64,000 bases of DNA from a virus: the IMG/VR virus record IMGVR_UViG_2872351278_000001, positions 43,115 to 107,114 of that record; one strand, given 5' to 3'. Position numbers and translations under genes: made by a program. This document shows, piece by piece, positions 21,601 to 31,269 of this stretch (position 1 is the first letter of the stretch; the number at the start of each line of letters is the position of its first letter). The notes beneath the pieces were generated by a model. That model saw nothing but the letters and a program-made list of their open reading frames with translations. It searched no databases and was not told where the DNA came from.

Positions 21601-22017
21601 ATGAAAGCAATATTTAACTTAGGGAATAAAACAATTGAGAATGAAAAAATAGAAAATGTATGTTTGTTAATTGAATTAGGAGATGATTTTAAAGATGAAG
21701 ATGACAACGAAGAGTATGCTATAGGTAAAATCAAACATCACAGCAATTTATTTAAATTAGATAGATTTGAGATAGAATGTCCATTTGAAGATTTAGTATA
21801 TATTTCTAATGAGTCATTTACTGGTGAGGGTGAAGAAGGATTTTATCCATCTAATCAAAATGAATTGGATATATTGATAAATTGTTATAACGAATTATTA
21901 AAAGTATTTAATGAAGAACAATTAAAAATTTCCGTTCATAGTAACTATTTGTATGAAGAAGGGAACGAAGCCGATTTTTCATTAAAGGAATTTTTAAATA
22001 ACTTTAAATTAGTTTAA
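21601..22017 (+). CDS. acidic hypothetical protein
   Basis: 138-aa ORF. Confidence 0.6.
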   Translation: MKAIFNLGNKTIENEKIENVCLLIELGDDFKDEDDNEEYAIGKIKHHSNLFKLDRFEIECPFEDLVYISNESFTGEGEEGFYPSNQNELDILINCYNELLKVFNEEQLKISVHSNYLYEEGNEADFSLKEFLNNFKLV

Positions 22018-22157
22018 TGAAAAACAAATATGAACTAACATCATACTATATGTAGTATTAAAGTGTAAGGTAATACACAATATATTGTGTTGACAAGCTA
22101 TTAAAATCACAATTTTAAAGTGATAATATTTTACAATATGTAGAGGAGAGTGAGAGT

Positions 22158-22319
22158 ATGGGATGGATAAGCAAAAATTCTAATACAATGACTAGAAAAA
22201 AATGTGCTACTTGTGAAAATCATAAAACAAAATCAGATTTAGAACCTTGTAGAAGTTGTATTAAATTAAAATGTGGTACAAAGTTTACGAATTATAAGAA
22301 GTCATTTGAAATAGATTAA
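22158..22319 (+). CDS. small Cys-rich protein (53 aa, absent from ORF track)
   Basis: GAGGAG RBS; CATC...CRSC. Confidence 0.55.
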   Translation: MGWISKNSNTMTRKKCATCENHKTKSDLEPCRSCIKLKCGTKFTNYKKSFEID

Positions 22320-22350
22320 GAATTATTCGTATGCAGAAGGTGTGAAATTT

Positions 22351-22491
22351 ATGAAAGTTAAAAAGTTAGTAAAAGAATTAAATAAGCTAATTGAAAAATA
22401 TGGAGAAAATATAGATGTACAAACATTTAGTTGTCAATTAGGGATATATAAAGAATGTGATGAAGTTAGCAGAATTAATATTAAAGATTGA
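22351..22491 (+). CDS. small hypothetical protein (46 aa)
   Basis: AAGGTG RBS; MKVKKLVKELNKLIEKYG. Confidence 0.5.
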   Translation: MKVKKLVKELNKLIEKYGENIDVQTFSCQLGIYKECDEVSRINIKD

Positions 22492-22566
22492 TTCATATTT
22501 CTAATAGAAAATTCAGTTGTTGCGTTTTATACAACAACTCAGATTGTAAATAGGAGGAATAAAAAA

Positions 22567-22734
22567 ATGAAAGTCAAGGACTTAATAGAAAAATTACAAG
22601 AATTAAATGAAGATATGGAAATAGGTTATTACGATGCAAGTAGAGATGAAGTTTCAGATATTTTATCGATTGAAAAAACATCTAAGAATACCTATTTTGA
22701 AAAAGATTTTAAAAGCGATTTATATCTTATATAG
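22567..22734 (+). CDS. small hypothetical protein (55 aa)
   Basis: AGGAGG RBS; MKVKDLIEKLQELNEDMEI. Confidence 0.55.
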   Translation: MKVKDLIEKLQELNEDMEIGYYDASRDEVSDILSIEKTSKNTYFEKDFKSDLYLI

Positions 22735-22766
22735 TTCACAATACTTAAATAGGGGGAATTTGAAAT

Positions 22767-22949
22767 ATGAAAAATAAAAGATATATAAGATTAGCAAAGA
22801 AAATGACTGCTAAATGTAATGGACGCTGTGATAGTGGTAAATGTAAGTTTTATAGAAATTGTTATAGTGGAAGAATATTATTCCCCCATGCAATGAGTAT
22901 TAGAGAATTGAGTAATTGTTTAAAAGATCAAATTTTATTTTGGAGATAA
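22767..22949 (+). CDS. small Cys-containing hypothetical protein
   Basis: 60-aa ORF with AGGGGG RBS. Confidence 0.5.
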   Translation: MKNKRYIRLAKKMTAKCNGRCDSGKCKFYRNCYSGRILFPHAMSIRELSNCLKDQILFWR

Positions 22950-23003
22950 TTAGTTATACTAAAATATAATAAATAATTAATAATAGAGAGGTAAAATTAC
23001 AAT

Positions 23004-23186
23004 ATGGCTAAAATAAAGTTTAGTGTTAAAATCAATAATATAGAAATTAATTCTTACATGAAATTAGAAGGACAACAGTTATATTTTTTTGAACAAGATA
23101 GTGATATAGGGAAACAAAAATGGATAAAAAGTTATTTAGAAAGAATAAGTAAAATAACTAATATAAAAATTGAAAATAATTATTAA
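23004..23186 (+). CDS. hypothetical protein
   Basis: 60-aa ORF with GAGG RBS. Confidence 0.5.
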   Translation: MAKIKFSVKINNIEINSYMKLEGQQLYFFEQDSDIGKQKWIKSYLERISKITNIKIENNY

Positions 23187-23253
23187 TTTATAAGATAAGT
23201 AAAATCAATCCGTTTAGCGTATGCTACACGAGATATAAAAGGAGGATGATTTA

Positions 23254-23835
23254 ATGCTAAACAAGACAATGTGTTTACTTAGCTTATCACTATTATTAAC
23301 AACATCTACAGTAAACACAAAGCCAATGTTTGTAGCAGAGCAATCGATTGAAAAGATTAATTTAAAAGAAATGGTACAAACTGATTTAAACAATGAATTA
23401 CTAATGAATAAATTAAGAGTACAAAATGGAGAAAAGACAAGTATTCAATTATACATAGAAAAACAAGAAAGAATTAGATTAGAAGCTGAAAAACAAAAGA
23501 AACTAGAAGAGGAAAAATTGAAAGAGAAGAAAGAAAATACTAATTATAATATTGATTTTATATTAACCTATTACGGAAATTCTAGCGAAGAAAACGGAGG
23601 ATATGAAGGTAAAACTTGCTTAAATGAAAAACTACAAGAGGGAATGTGTGCCAGTAGGGCATATGAACTTGGAACAAAGATAGAACTACAGAATGGAAGA
23701 ATATTAACCGTGTCAGATATTGGTGGAGATTGTTTTTTATCTCCTAATAGGTTAGACGTATATGTAGATACTTATGATGACAATGTGCTAAATAAACTAG
23801 GTAGACAAAAAGTAAAAGGGAAAATAATTAAATAA
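23254..23835 (+). CDS. secreted 3D-domain (lytic transglycosylase-like) protein
   Basis: Signal peptide, coiled coil, then LTYY..CAS..GTKI..VSDIGG..RLDVY. Confidence 0.75.
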   Translation: MLNKTMCLLSLSLLLTTSTVNTKPMFVAEQSIEKINLKEMVQTDLNNELLMNKLRVQNGEKTSIQLYIEKQERIRLEAEKQKKLEEEKLKEKKENTNYNIDFILTYYGNSSEENGGYEGKTCLNEKLQEGMCASRAYELGTKIELQNGRILTVSDIGGDCFLSPNRLDVYVDTYDDNVLNKLGRQKVKGKIIK

Positions 23836-23859
23836 AGAGATTAAAGGAGGATTTATGAT

Positions 23860-24114
23860 ATGAAAATAAAATTTGAAAATATTGATAAAAGTCCAATCAA
23901 AGGAATAGAAATTGATTGCATTAATGAAAAAGCCTTTTTAGATGAAATAATTGAAGATGGGGATATTATATATGTTAATACATATACAGAGTTAAAACCA
24001 TCACAAATACCACAATTAATAGAATGGTTACAAAAAGTAAATACATATATAGAACAAAATAAAACTAATTCAAAAGAAATGACTATCGAAGAAATAGAAA
24101 AGGAAATAAAATAA
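23860..24114 (+). CDS. hypothetical protein (possibly frameshifted; -1 frame continues to 24260)
   Basis: AAGGAGG RBS. Confidence 0.55.
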   Translation: MKIKFENIDKSPIKGIEIDCINEKAFLDEIIEDGDIIYVNTYTELKPSQIPQLIEWLQKVNTYIEQNKTNSKEMTIEEIEKEIK

Positions 24115-24320
24115 AAGTAAAACACAAATTGCTTGAATCATGTGAAATGTATACGCATTACTTTTATTTAAGAGATTTAATGTACAATCTTTCAAATGAT
24201 TTTGATAACAAAGATATTAAAGAAATAATTTTAAATGGAGAATGGCATGTTGAGGATTAGCATATAAAATAATTGTTTTAAAGTAATAAAATAAATTATA
24301 CTTGAAGGAGTGATTAAGAT

Positions 24321-24473
24321 ATGATAATAAGAAAAAATAAAAAAATATCAGAATTGTCTACTTATGATAACAACCAAATAGTGAGCAAAATTGAAGATGC
24401 TTTTTCAGCAAGCACAATGATATTTGAATCCAATGGAAATATTTCAATAAAAATACACACAAAGAAATATTAA
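24321..24473 (+). CDS. small hypothetical protein (50 aa)
   Basis: AAGGAGTG RBS. Confidence 0.45.
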   Translation: MIIRKNKKISELSTYDNNQIVSKIEDAFSASTMIFESNGNISIKIHTKKY

Positions 24474-24504
24474 AAACAAGTATGTAACGTGGAGGTTGTT
24501 TAAA

Positions 24505-24633
24505 ATGTGGTATAACAATTTTGACATATGGTTAACTATTGTTGTAATTGTACTTATAATAAGCAGTTGTTTTAAGACTTATATAAGGTGCAAATATGGT
24601 GATGAAAGAGAAAATACTAAAAAAATAAAATAA
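24505..24633 (+). CDS. small single-TM protein (42 aa)
   Basis: GGAGG RBS; IWLTIVVIVLIISSCF followed by a basic tail. Confidence 0.5.
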   Translation: MWYNNFDIWLTIVVIVLIISSCFKTYIRCKYGDERENTKKIK

Positions 24634-24655
24634 ACATAAATGAAAGGATAATTAT

Positions 24656-27034
24656 ATGAATAAAATAAAAGTAGTAAAAAGAGATTCCAGAACAAAAGAT
24701 TTTTCAATAATAAGAATTAAAGAGGCGATACATAAGGCGTATTTAGATGTAGATGATGAATTAACTTTTTGTGTGGAGTATGATTCACTTGAAACTAAAA
24801 TTTTATCAGATATACATAAATTAAATAAATCAGAAATTACAGTTGAAGAAATACAAGATATAATAATTGGAAACTTACAACTAACAAATAAAAAGGTTGC
24901 CAAAGGTTATGAAGAATACAGAAAGAAAAGAACATTAGAAAGAGATAAAAAATCAGATTTAATGTCTAAAATTCACGCTGTAGGTATTGAAACTGATAGA
25001 GACAATGCTAATGTAGGAAACAATTTTAGTTCCAAACTTTTAAGAATAGCTTCCGAATCTAATAAGTGGCACAACTTAGCCAATATGCCTGAACATTTAA
25101 CTAAAGCTCATACTATAGGAGAATTATATTTCCATGATTTAGATAGCTATAATTTAACCACAAACTGTTTACATATACCAACGGGTAAAATATTAAATAA
25201 AGGTTTTAATACAGGATATGGAACAATAAACAAGCCTAATTCTATAGAAACGGCAGGAGAATTATCTTGTATATTATTACAATCTACTCAAAATGACATG
25301 TTTGGCGGACAATCTCATCCAAATTTTGATAATGATTTAGGCGAGTATGTCGAAATTACAAGAAGAAAAATAAAAGAAGATTTTCCAAATGAATCAAAAG
25401 AAATAATAGAGAGTAAATTAAGAAAAAGAATCCATCAAGCTATGCAAGGAATAGTTTATAATTTAAATACTATGCATAGTAGAGCAGGATCACAAGTACC
25501 TTTTAGTTCAGTAAATATAGGACTTCCTAGAAATAAAGATGAAGCGTTAGTTTGTGAAATATTCTTATTAGAATACGAAAAGGGACTAGGCAAAGGAGAA
25601 CAACCCATTTTCCCTAATATAATATTTAGAGTAAAAGATAGTGTTAACAGAGAAGAAAATGATCCGTATTTTTATCTATATGAAATTGCATGTAGAGTAG
25701 CAAGTAAAAGAATGAATCCTACTTTTATGAATATTGATGCAGATTTCAATAAAAAATATTATGACAAAGGTATTAATCCTGCAACTATGGGGTAAAACGA
25801 TGCCCTCCTTAAACAAAGCTATGAGAGTTTAAGGTAATATAAGAAAGGAAAATCGGTGAAGGTTTAACTACTAATACCGAGGTGGCTTTATCAAAAGTCT
25901 CCGTAACGCATAGGAATTGAGCGATATGATAGCAAAAATATTCCCACGAGTCTTTTCTACGTAATAGCTGAAATAATCGTAAAAATATATGCTAAACTGG
26001 ACATGAATTAACATGTCGATGAAAATGAGGGAAACTTCCAGAGTGTAAGATAAAAAGCTTACAGGTAATAACTATTTGGTCGTACTTATCTTATGTCTAA
26101 TATAAATGGAGAAGATGGTGTTGAAGGTAGAGGAAATATAGCACCTACAACTATTAATCTACCTAGAATAGGAATAGAAGCAGATAAGAATATTGAAAAA
26201 TTCTTTAATATTTTAGAAAATAGATTGTTATTAGCAAGAGAATCATTATTACATAGATATAATATTTTAAAAAATTTAAGAGTAAAAGATTTACCTTTTG
26301 TAGCAGGGCAAGGACTAATGATTGGTTCAGAAAACTTAAATTCTGAAGATTCCATAGAACCTATTTTAAAACAAGGAACTTGGGGAATAGGATTTATAGG
26401 ACTTGCAGAGACTTTAACATCTCTAATAGGTAGTCATCATGGTGAAACAGGAAAAGCAAGAGAGTTAGGATTAAGGATAATAGGTCATATTCGTGAGTTC
26501 TGTGATAAATATAAACAAATAGATAAATTAAATTGGAGTTGTTATGCAACACCTGCTGAAGGATTATCAGGGAAATTTATACCTTTAGATAAACAACAAT
26601 TTGGAATAATAAAAGGAGTAACAGATAAAGATTATTATACTAATAGTTACCATGTTCCTGTAGGATTTCCTATATCAATTAAAGACAAAATTGATATAGA
26701 AGCACCTTATCATAAACTTTGCAATGGTGGTCATATAAGTTATGTAGAGGTTGACGATTACCCTAATGGCGAACAAATCATGGATATAGTAAATTATGCC
26801 TATAAGAACACTAATATGTCTTACATGGGGATTAACTTTCATATAAGATACTGTAAGGATTGTGGAACATATCTACATGGAGAAAATAAATGTTCAAAAT
26901 GCGGAAGTACAAATATACAAGGTGTCAGCAGAGTAACAGGATATTTAAGTTTAGATGAAAGATTTGGACAAGGTAAAGTAGCAGAAAGAAAAGACAGAAG
27001 TTCGGCTAATGGAAATAAATTTTACAATATTTAA
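24656..27034 (+). CDS. nrdD: anaerobic (class III) ribonucleoside-triphosphate reductase, two exons (24656-25793, 26079-27034)
   Basis: N-terminal ATP cone, HDLD..NC, SRAGSQVPFSS; splicing restores ATMGCRTYL; YATPAEGL, CxxC pairs, glycyl-radical RVTGYL. Confidence 0.95.
25794..26078 (+). ncRNA. group I intron (285 nt, no internal ORF) in nrdD
   Basis: Exon 1 ends in U and the intron ends in G; removal gives ATG GGG T/GT CGT ACT. IGS ACGATGCCCT forms P1 and P10. Core elements: P AAATCGGTGAA, Q TAATACCGAG, R GTAACGCATA, S AAAATATATGCT. Confidence 0.93.
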
Positions 27035-27041
27035 AATAACT

Positions 27042-27069
27042 AAAGAGGAAGAAATATATCTTCCTCTTT
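27042..27069 (+). terminator. stem-loop after nrdD
   Basis: AAAGAGGAAGA-aatata-TCTTCCTCTTT. Confidence 0.6.
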
Positions 27070-27088
27070 ATAATAGGAGTGAAGTTAC

Positions 27089-27577
27089 TTGAATTATATA
27101 TCTTGGGATGAATATTTTATGAATGTTGCAATTTTAACAAGTTTAAGAAGTAAAGATAAAAACACAAAAGTTGGTGCTTGTATTGTTGATAAAAATAAAA
27201 AGATTATTTCAACAGGCTATAATGGATTTATTACTGGCTGTAAAAATGATGATTTTCCTACTAATAGAGATGGGGAATGGATTAATACAAAATATCCTTA
27301 TATAGTACATAGTGAAGCTAATGCAATATATAATTCTCATGGCAAGGATTTAAGGAATTGTATAATATATGTTACTTTATTTCCATGTAATGAATGTACA
27401 AAAGCTATTATTCAAAGTGGAATAACACATATAGTATACTTATCTGATAAATATAATGGAACTGATAGTAATGTTGCTTCTAAATTAATGTTAGATAAAA
27501 TTGGAATTACTTATGAATTGTACAATGGAAACAAATTAATAAAAGAGAGGAAATTAAAAAACAATGATAAACGTTAA
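27089..27577 (+). CDS. dCMP deaminase
   Basis: SWDEYFM, VGACIV, TGYNG, HSEANA, FPCNEC. Confidence 0.92.
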   Translation: MNYISWDEYFMNVAILTSLRSKDKNTKVGACIVDKNKKIISTGYNGFITGCKNDDFPTNRDGEWINTKYPYIVHSEANAIYNSHGKDLRNCIIYVTLFPCNECTKAIIQSGITHIVYLSDKYNGTDSNVASKLMLDKIGITYELYNGNKLIKERKLKNNDKR

Positions 27578-27998
27578 ATTAATTAATAAAAATGCAAAAT
27601 TACCACAAAGAGGGAGAGACGGCGACGCAGGACTAGATTTATATACTTGTAAAACTGTAATAATAAAACCAAATGAAACAATTGCAATTCCTACAGGTGT
27701 ATGTATAGAGTTACCTTATGGAATGGAAGGTCAAATAAGACCAAGAAGTGGAATTAGCTTAAATGGATTTGAACATAATTATGTTAGAGTTATGCTAGGA
27801 ACTATAGATTGTAATTACAGAGGGGAGATAAACATAATAACATATAACCAAGAAGATAAAAATGTAACTATTCCAAAAGGAACTAAATTAGCACAAATGA
27901 TAATTAACAATGTAAATATGGAAAATTTAATCTCTGTCGATGAATTATCCGAAACTGAAAGAGGGTTAAGTGGTTTTGGATCGAGTGGCACAAAATAA
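27564..27998 (+). CDS. dut: trimeric dUTPase
   Basis: AGLDL, RPRSG, GTIDCNYRGE, AQ, RGLSGFGSSG. Confidence 0.95.
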   Translation: MINVKLINKNAKLPQRGRDGDAGLDLYTCKTVIIKPNETIAIPTGVCIELPYGMEGQIRPRSGISLNGFEHNYVRVMLGTIDCNYRGEINIITYNQEDKNVTIPKGTKLAQMIINNVNMENLISVDELSETERGLSGFGSSGTK

Positions 27999-28143
27999 TT
28001 AAATAAAACTTAGATATTTCCCATATTTGAATTTGTAGACTAGTAATATCAATACTTATAATTCTTATTTTGGGAAATATCTTTAAAAAAGAACTTAAAA
28101 GTATAATTTTACATACTAAAATAAAATAAACAAAAGGAGTGAA

Positions 28144-28542
28144 TTGTCAATGAAAAAACTATATGAATTTTATTGGGATTGTGGAAGACAAGGAAACGTA
28201 GAAGGAATGTTTATAGCAGAAGAGAAAGAGGTACAAGAATCCATAGGCGAGGAAATATATTTTGGAGAAATACTTGGAAAACATAGTGAGGTTTATGGAA
28301 TTATAGAAGAGGGAGAAATAAAAGAAATAAAAGTATCAGAAACAACTGTAAGAGAAATGGAACAAGTTATAGGTACTACTATAAGTGGTTATAACCCATT
28401 AAATTATATAAGATATGAATGTAGTAGATGTGGTGATACAGGAGGTATTGAGGATTGTGATTGGTATATTGATACTAAAGGTGAAAAGACCTGTGAATAT
28501 TGTGTAACGAAAGAAGAGCTTAACTCTTTTGCAAAATTATAA
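28144..28542 (+). CDS. hypothetical protein with C-terminal Zn ribbon
   Basis: YFGEILGKHSEV; CSRC..CEYC. Confidence 0.65.
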   Translation: MSMKKLYEFYWDCGRQGNVEGMFIAEEKEVQESIGEEIYFGEILGKHSEVYGIIEEGEIKEIKVSETTVREMEQVIGTTISGYNPLNYIRYECSRCGDTGGIEDCDWYIDTKGEKTCEYCVTKEELNSFAKL

Positions 28543-28589
28543 ATAAAATCAAGCAATTGATAACCAAGAATATAAGTGAGGGGTAAAAT

Positions 28590-28877
28590 ATGTGTATGAT
28601 TGTAAAGAAAATAGACAATTATGAAATATTAAAAGTTCATAACGGTTACATAGTTAAGAACATAAAAGGAAAATATGAAAATCATGGTCACTTTAAAAAG
28701 CTAGATACCTGTTATCTGATTATAGATTTAATTAAAAATAAAAAGATTCCTAGAAGTAAATACCTGCTTGGTTCAGCTATAAGACTTACCACAGATGAAA
28801 AATACAAAAATACACTAGAATTAAAAAGAAATAAACTAAAAGATAATTATTATAATATAAACAAAGGAGTAAAATAA
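28590..28877 (+). CDS. hypothetical basic protein
   Basis: 95-aa ORF, HGHF motif. Confidence 0.6.
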   Translation: MCMIVKKIDNYEILKVHNGYIVKNIKGKYENHGHFKKLDTCYLIIDLIKNKKIPRSKYLLGSAIRLTTDEKYKNTLELKRNKLKDNYYNINKGVK

Positions 28878-28965
28878 TTAACAAAATAAATTAATCAATA
28901 AAGTATCATCTCAAGCTAGTATTCATATAATATATTATAGTACTTATTGGGAGAAAAAATAAACA

Positions 28966-29226
28966 ATGAAATCAAGTTTAAAAACAGGTCAAAAAGTCAA
29001 ATGTATGTTAAAAGATTATGGTTGGATTAGTGGAATATATGAAGGAGATGGTATCTCACGTTTTTGTGGTTGGGAACATATCATGATTAATCCTATTAAT
29101 TTAGATTATTATAGTCTTTCAATTGTAGCTGATTCAACGAGTGATTTAAATGGGAAAGTATTAAGAGATGGAAGTATTTATTTATCAACTAAAAATTATA
29201 AAATAGAAGATGCTAGAATAGTTTAA
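28966..29226 (+). CDS. hypothetical protein (stand-alone, moron-like)
   Basis: 86-aa ORF followed by its own terminator. Confidence 0.55.
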   Translation: MKSSLKTGQKVKCMLKDYGWISGIYEGDGISRFCGWEHIMINPINLDYYSLSIVADSTSDLNGKVLRDGSIYLSTKNYKIEDARIV

Positions 29227-29232
29227 TTATTG

Positions 29233-29260
29233 AGACAGGAAATTTCCTGTCTTTTCTTTT
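29233..29260 (+). terminator. intrinsic terminator
   Basis: AGACAGGAA-at-TTCCTGTCT followed by a T tract. Confidence 0.75.
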
Positions 29261-29271
29261 TATCTAAATTC

Positions 29272-29321
29272 AAATAAATTATTAAAATAATATTTACATT
29301 GTTTCTAAAATATGCTAATAT
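29272..29321 (+). promoter_or_regulatory. sigma-A promoter with conserved upstream element
   Basis: AAATAAATTATTAAAATAAT, TTTACA (29293-98), 17 bp, TGcTAATAT. Confidence 0.6.
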
Positions 29322-29371
29322 AGTATTAATAAATAAATTATTAAACAAATAAGAAAGGATTTGATTAAATA

Positions 29372-30940
29372 ATGTTTACAGATAATAAAAATTTCTATCC
29401 GACTCCAAAAGAAGTAGTATTTAAAATGCTTGATAAACTGCGAGATAATAAATATACAATGGAAGCTATTAAATACATACTAGAACCAAGTTGTGGCAAA
29501 GGAAATATAGTACAAGCATATGAAGAATATTATGAAAATAATTTTAAGAGAATAATACCTTATGGTAAGAAAGCAAAATATATTATCAATTTTGATGTTA
29601 TTGAATTAGATAAAAATTTAAATAATTTACTTAGAGGTCAAAATTACAATGTTGTATGGAATGATTTTTTAACTTTTAACCCACCTAGATTTTACGATTT
29701 AATAATAATGAATCCACCTTTTGATTGTGGTGATAAACATTTACTTAGAGCCATATCAATCCAAGAAAGAATAGGGGGTAAAATTTTATGCATACTCAAT
29801 TCAGAAACCATTAAAAATACATACAGTAATGATAGAAAACAATTAGTTTCATTATTAAATAAATATAATGCAGATATAGAGTTTATAAACAATGCTTTTA
29901 GTGATTCTGAAAGAGAAACAGATGTTGAAATTGCTTTAATATATATAAATGTACCGATGGATAGTTCTGAAACAATGTTTGAAAAGAATTTAAAAAGGGA
30001 AAATTCAGATATATTTATTGGTGATATTCATTCTTTAATGCCAAAAATGAATAAACTAGAGCAATTAATATTTGAATATGAAATGATTAAAAACTCATCT
30101 TTAGAATTATTTAAAGAACAGTTACGAATACAAAAATTATTAAATGGATTTGGAATAAAATCAGAATTAAATATATGTGATGATAAAGTTCGTCCAGATA
30201 AACTTACAGCCAATGAGTTTATATCAAAAATAACATTGAAATTTTGGAATAAATTTATTGAAGAAACTGATTTTAAAAATAGATTGCCTTCTAAATTAAG
30301 AGATAATTTTAACTATAACATGGAAAAACAAAAGAACATTGCTTTCACAATGGACAATTTAAGATATTTTTATGATGAACTAATTAAATCTATTCCTCAA
30401 AGTTATACAGAAACAGTAGCAAAAGTATTTGATGAACTAACAGTTAAATATCACTATAGTGATACATCATGGAATAAAAATATACATATGTATAATGGTT
30501 GGAAAACAAATAATTGTTATATGATAAAAAATAAAAATATAATATCCTGTAGTCATAGTTATCTATATAGAATTCCTGATACTTTAAAAGATTTAAATAT
30601 AATTTTTGAAAACATATCAGGAGAAAAAGATAATATAGACACAAATGAAATATGTACTAAAATAAAAAATTGTGAGAAAAATATAGACACCAAATTCTTT
30701 TTGCTAGATTCTTATCAAAAAGGAACACTTCATATTAAATACAAAAATTCAGAATATGTTAAGATATTTAATATATTAGCTGGAAAAGGAAAAGCATGGC
30801 TACCTCCTGATTTTGGAGATAAACCTTATTCAGGTATGAATGAAAAAGAAAAAGAATTAGTTAAAGAATTTAATCTTACTCCTATAGAATATAACCAACT
30901 ATCTAATAAATGCTCTACAGATTTTCTTAGAATAGAATAA
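29372..30940 (+). CDS. amino-type DNA methyltransferase with C-terminal DUF4942-like domain
   Basis: FYPTP, LEPSCGKG (SAM binding), NPPF; C-terminal GWKTN..YQKGTLHIK..WLP. Confidence 0.8.
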   Translation: MFTDNKNFYPTPKEVVFKMLDKLRDNKYTMEAIKYILEPSCGKGNIVQAYEEYYENNFKRIIPYGKKAKYIINFDVIELDKNLNNLLRGQNYNVVWNDFLTFNPPRFYDLIIMNPPFDCGDKHLLRAISIQERIGGKILCILNSETIKNTYSNDRKQLVSLLNKYNADIEFINNAFSDSERETDVEIALIYINVPMDSSETMFEKNLKRENSDIFIGDIHSLMPKMNKLEQLIFEYEMIKNSSLELFKEQLRIQKLLNGFGIKSELNICDDKVRPDKLTANEFISKITLKFWNKFIEETDFKNRLPSKLRDNFNYNMEKQKNIAFTMDNLRYFYDELIKSIPQSYTETVAKVFDELTVKYHYSDTSWNKNIHMYNGWKTNNCYMIKNKNIISCSHSYLYRIPDTLKDLNIIFENISGEKDNIDTNEICTKIKNCEKNIDTKFFLLDSYQKGTLHIKYKNSEYVKIFNILAGKGKAWLPPDFGDKPYSGMNEKEKELVKEFNLTPIEYNQLSNKCSTDFLRIE

Positions 30941-30954
30941 CATAAAAATAATTT

Positions 30955-31005
30955 AAATAAATTATTAAATTAATAGTTGACAAACCTTTCCAATAATGAT
31001 ATTAT
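30955..31005 (+). promoter_or_regulatory. sigma-A promoter with conserved upstream element
   Basis: AAATAAATTATTAAATTAAT, TTGACA (30977-82), 17 bp, TGaTATTAT. Confidence 0.75.
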
Positions 31006-31081
31006 GTATTTGTAGGGTAAATAAAGGAACTCAAACCAATTAAACCTTACAAATACAATATAAATAAAGGAGTTGTTAATT

Positions 31082-31228
31082 ATGTTAATAGGAAATGTAT
31101 TTGAACAAACTGGAGAACTAGGATTTGAAAAGGATAATAAGTATGGAGAGTTTTTAAATTCTTTCAATAGTGATATTTTAGCATTAGCTTATGCAAATGA
31201 CAATAAAATTTTACAAAAAGCTATATAA
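31082..31228 (+). CDS. small hypothetical protein (48 aa)
   Basis: AAGGAG RBS just downstream of a promoter. Confidence 0.5.
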   Translation: MLIGNVFEQTGELGFEKDNKYGEFLNSFNSDILALAYANDNKILQKAI

Positions 31229-31269
31229 ATAAATAAATTAAATAATTAATAAAAGGTGGTAAATTAAGC

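Noticed and set aside
24656..27034. nrdD as a pseudogene or two separate genes
   Set aside because: The interruption is fully explained by a group I intron with exact in-frame splice junctions
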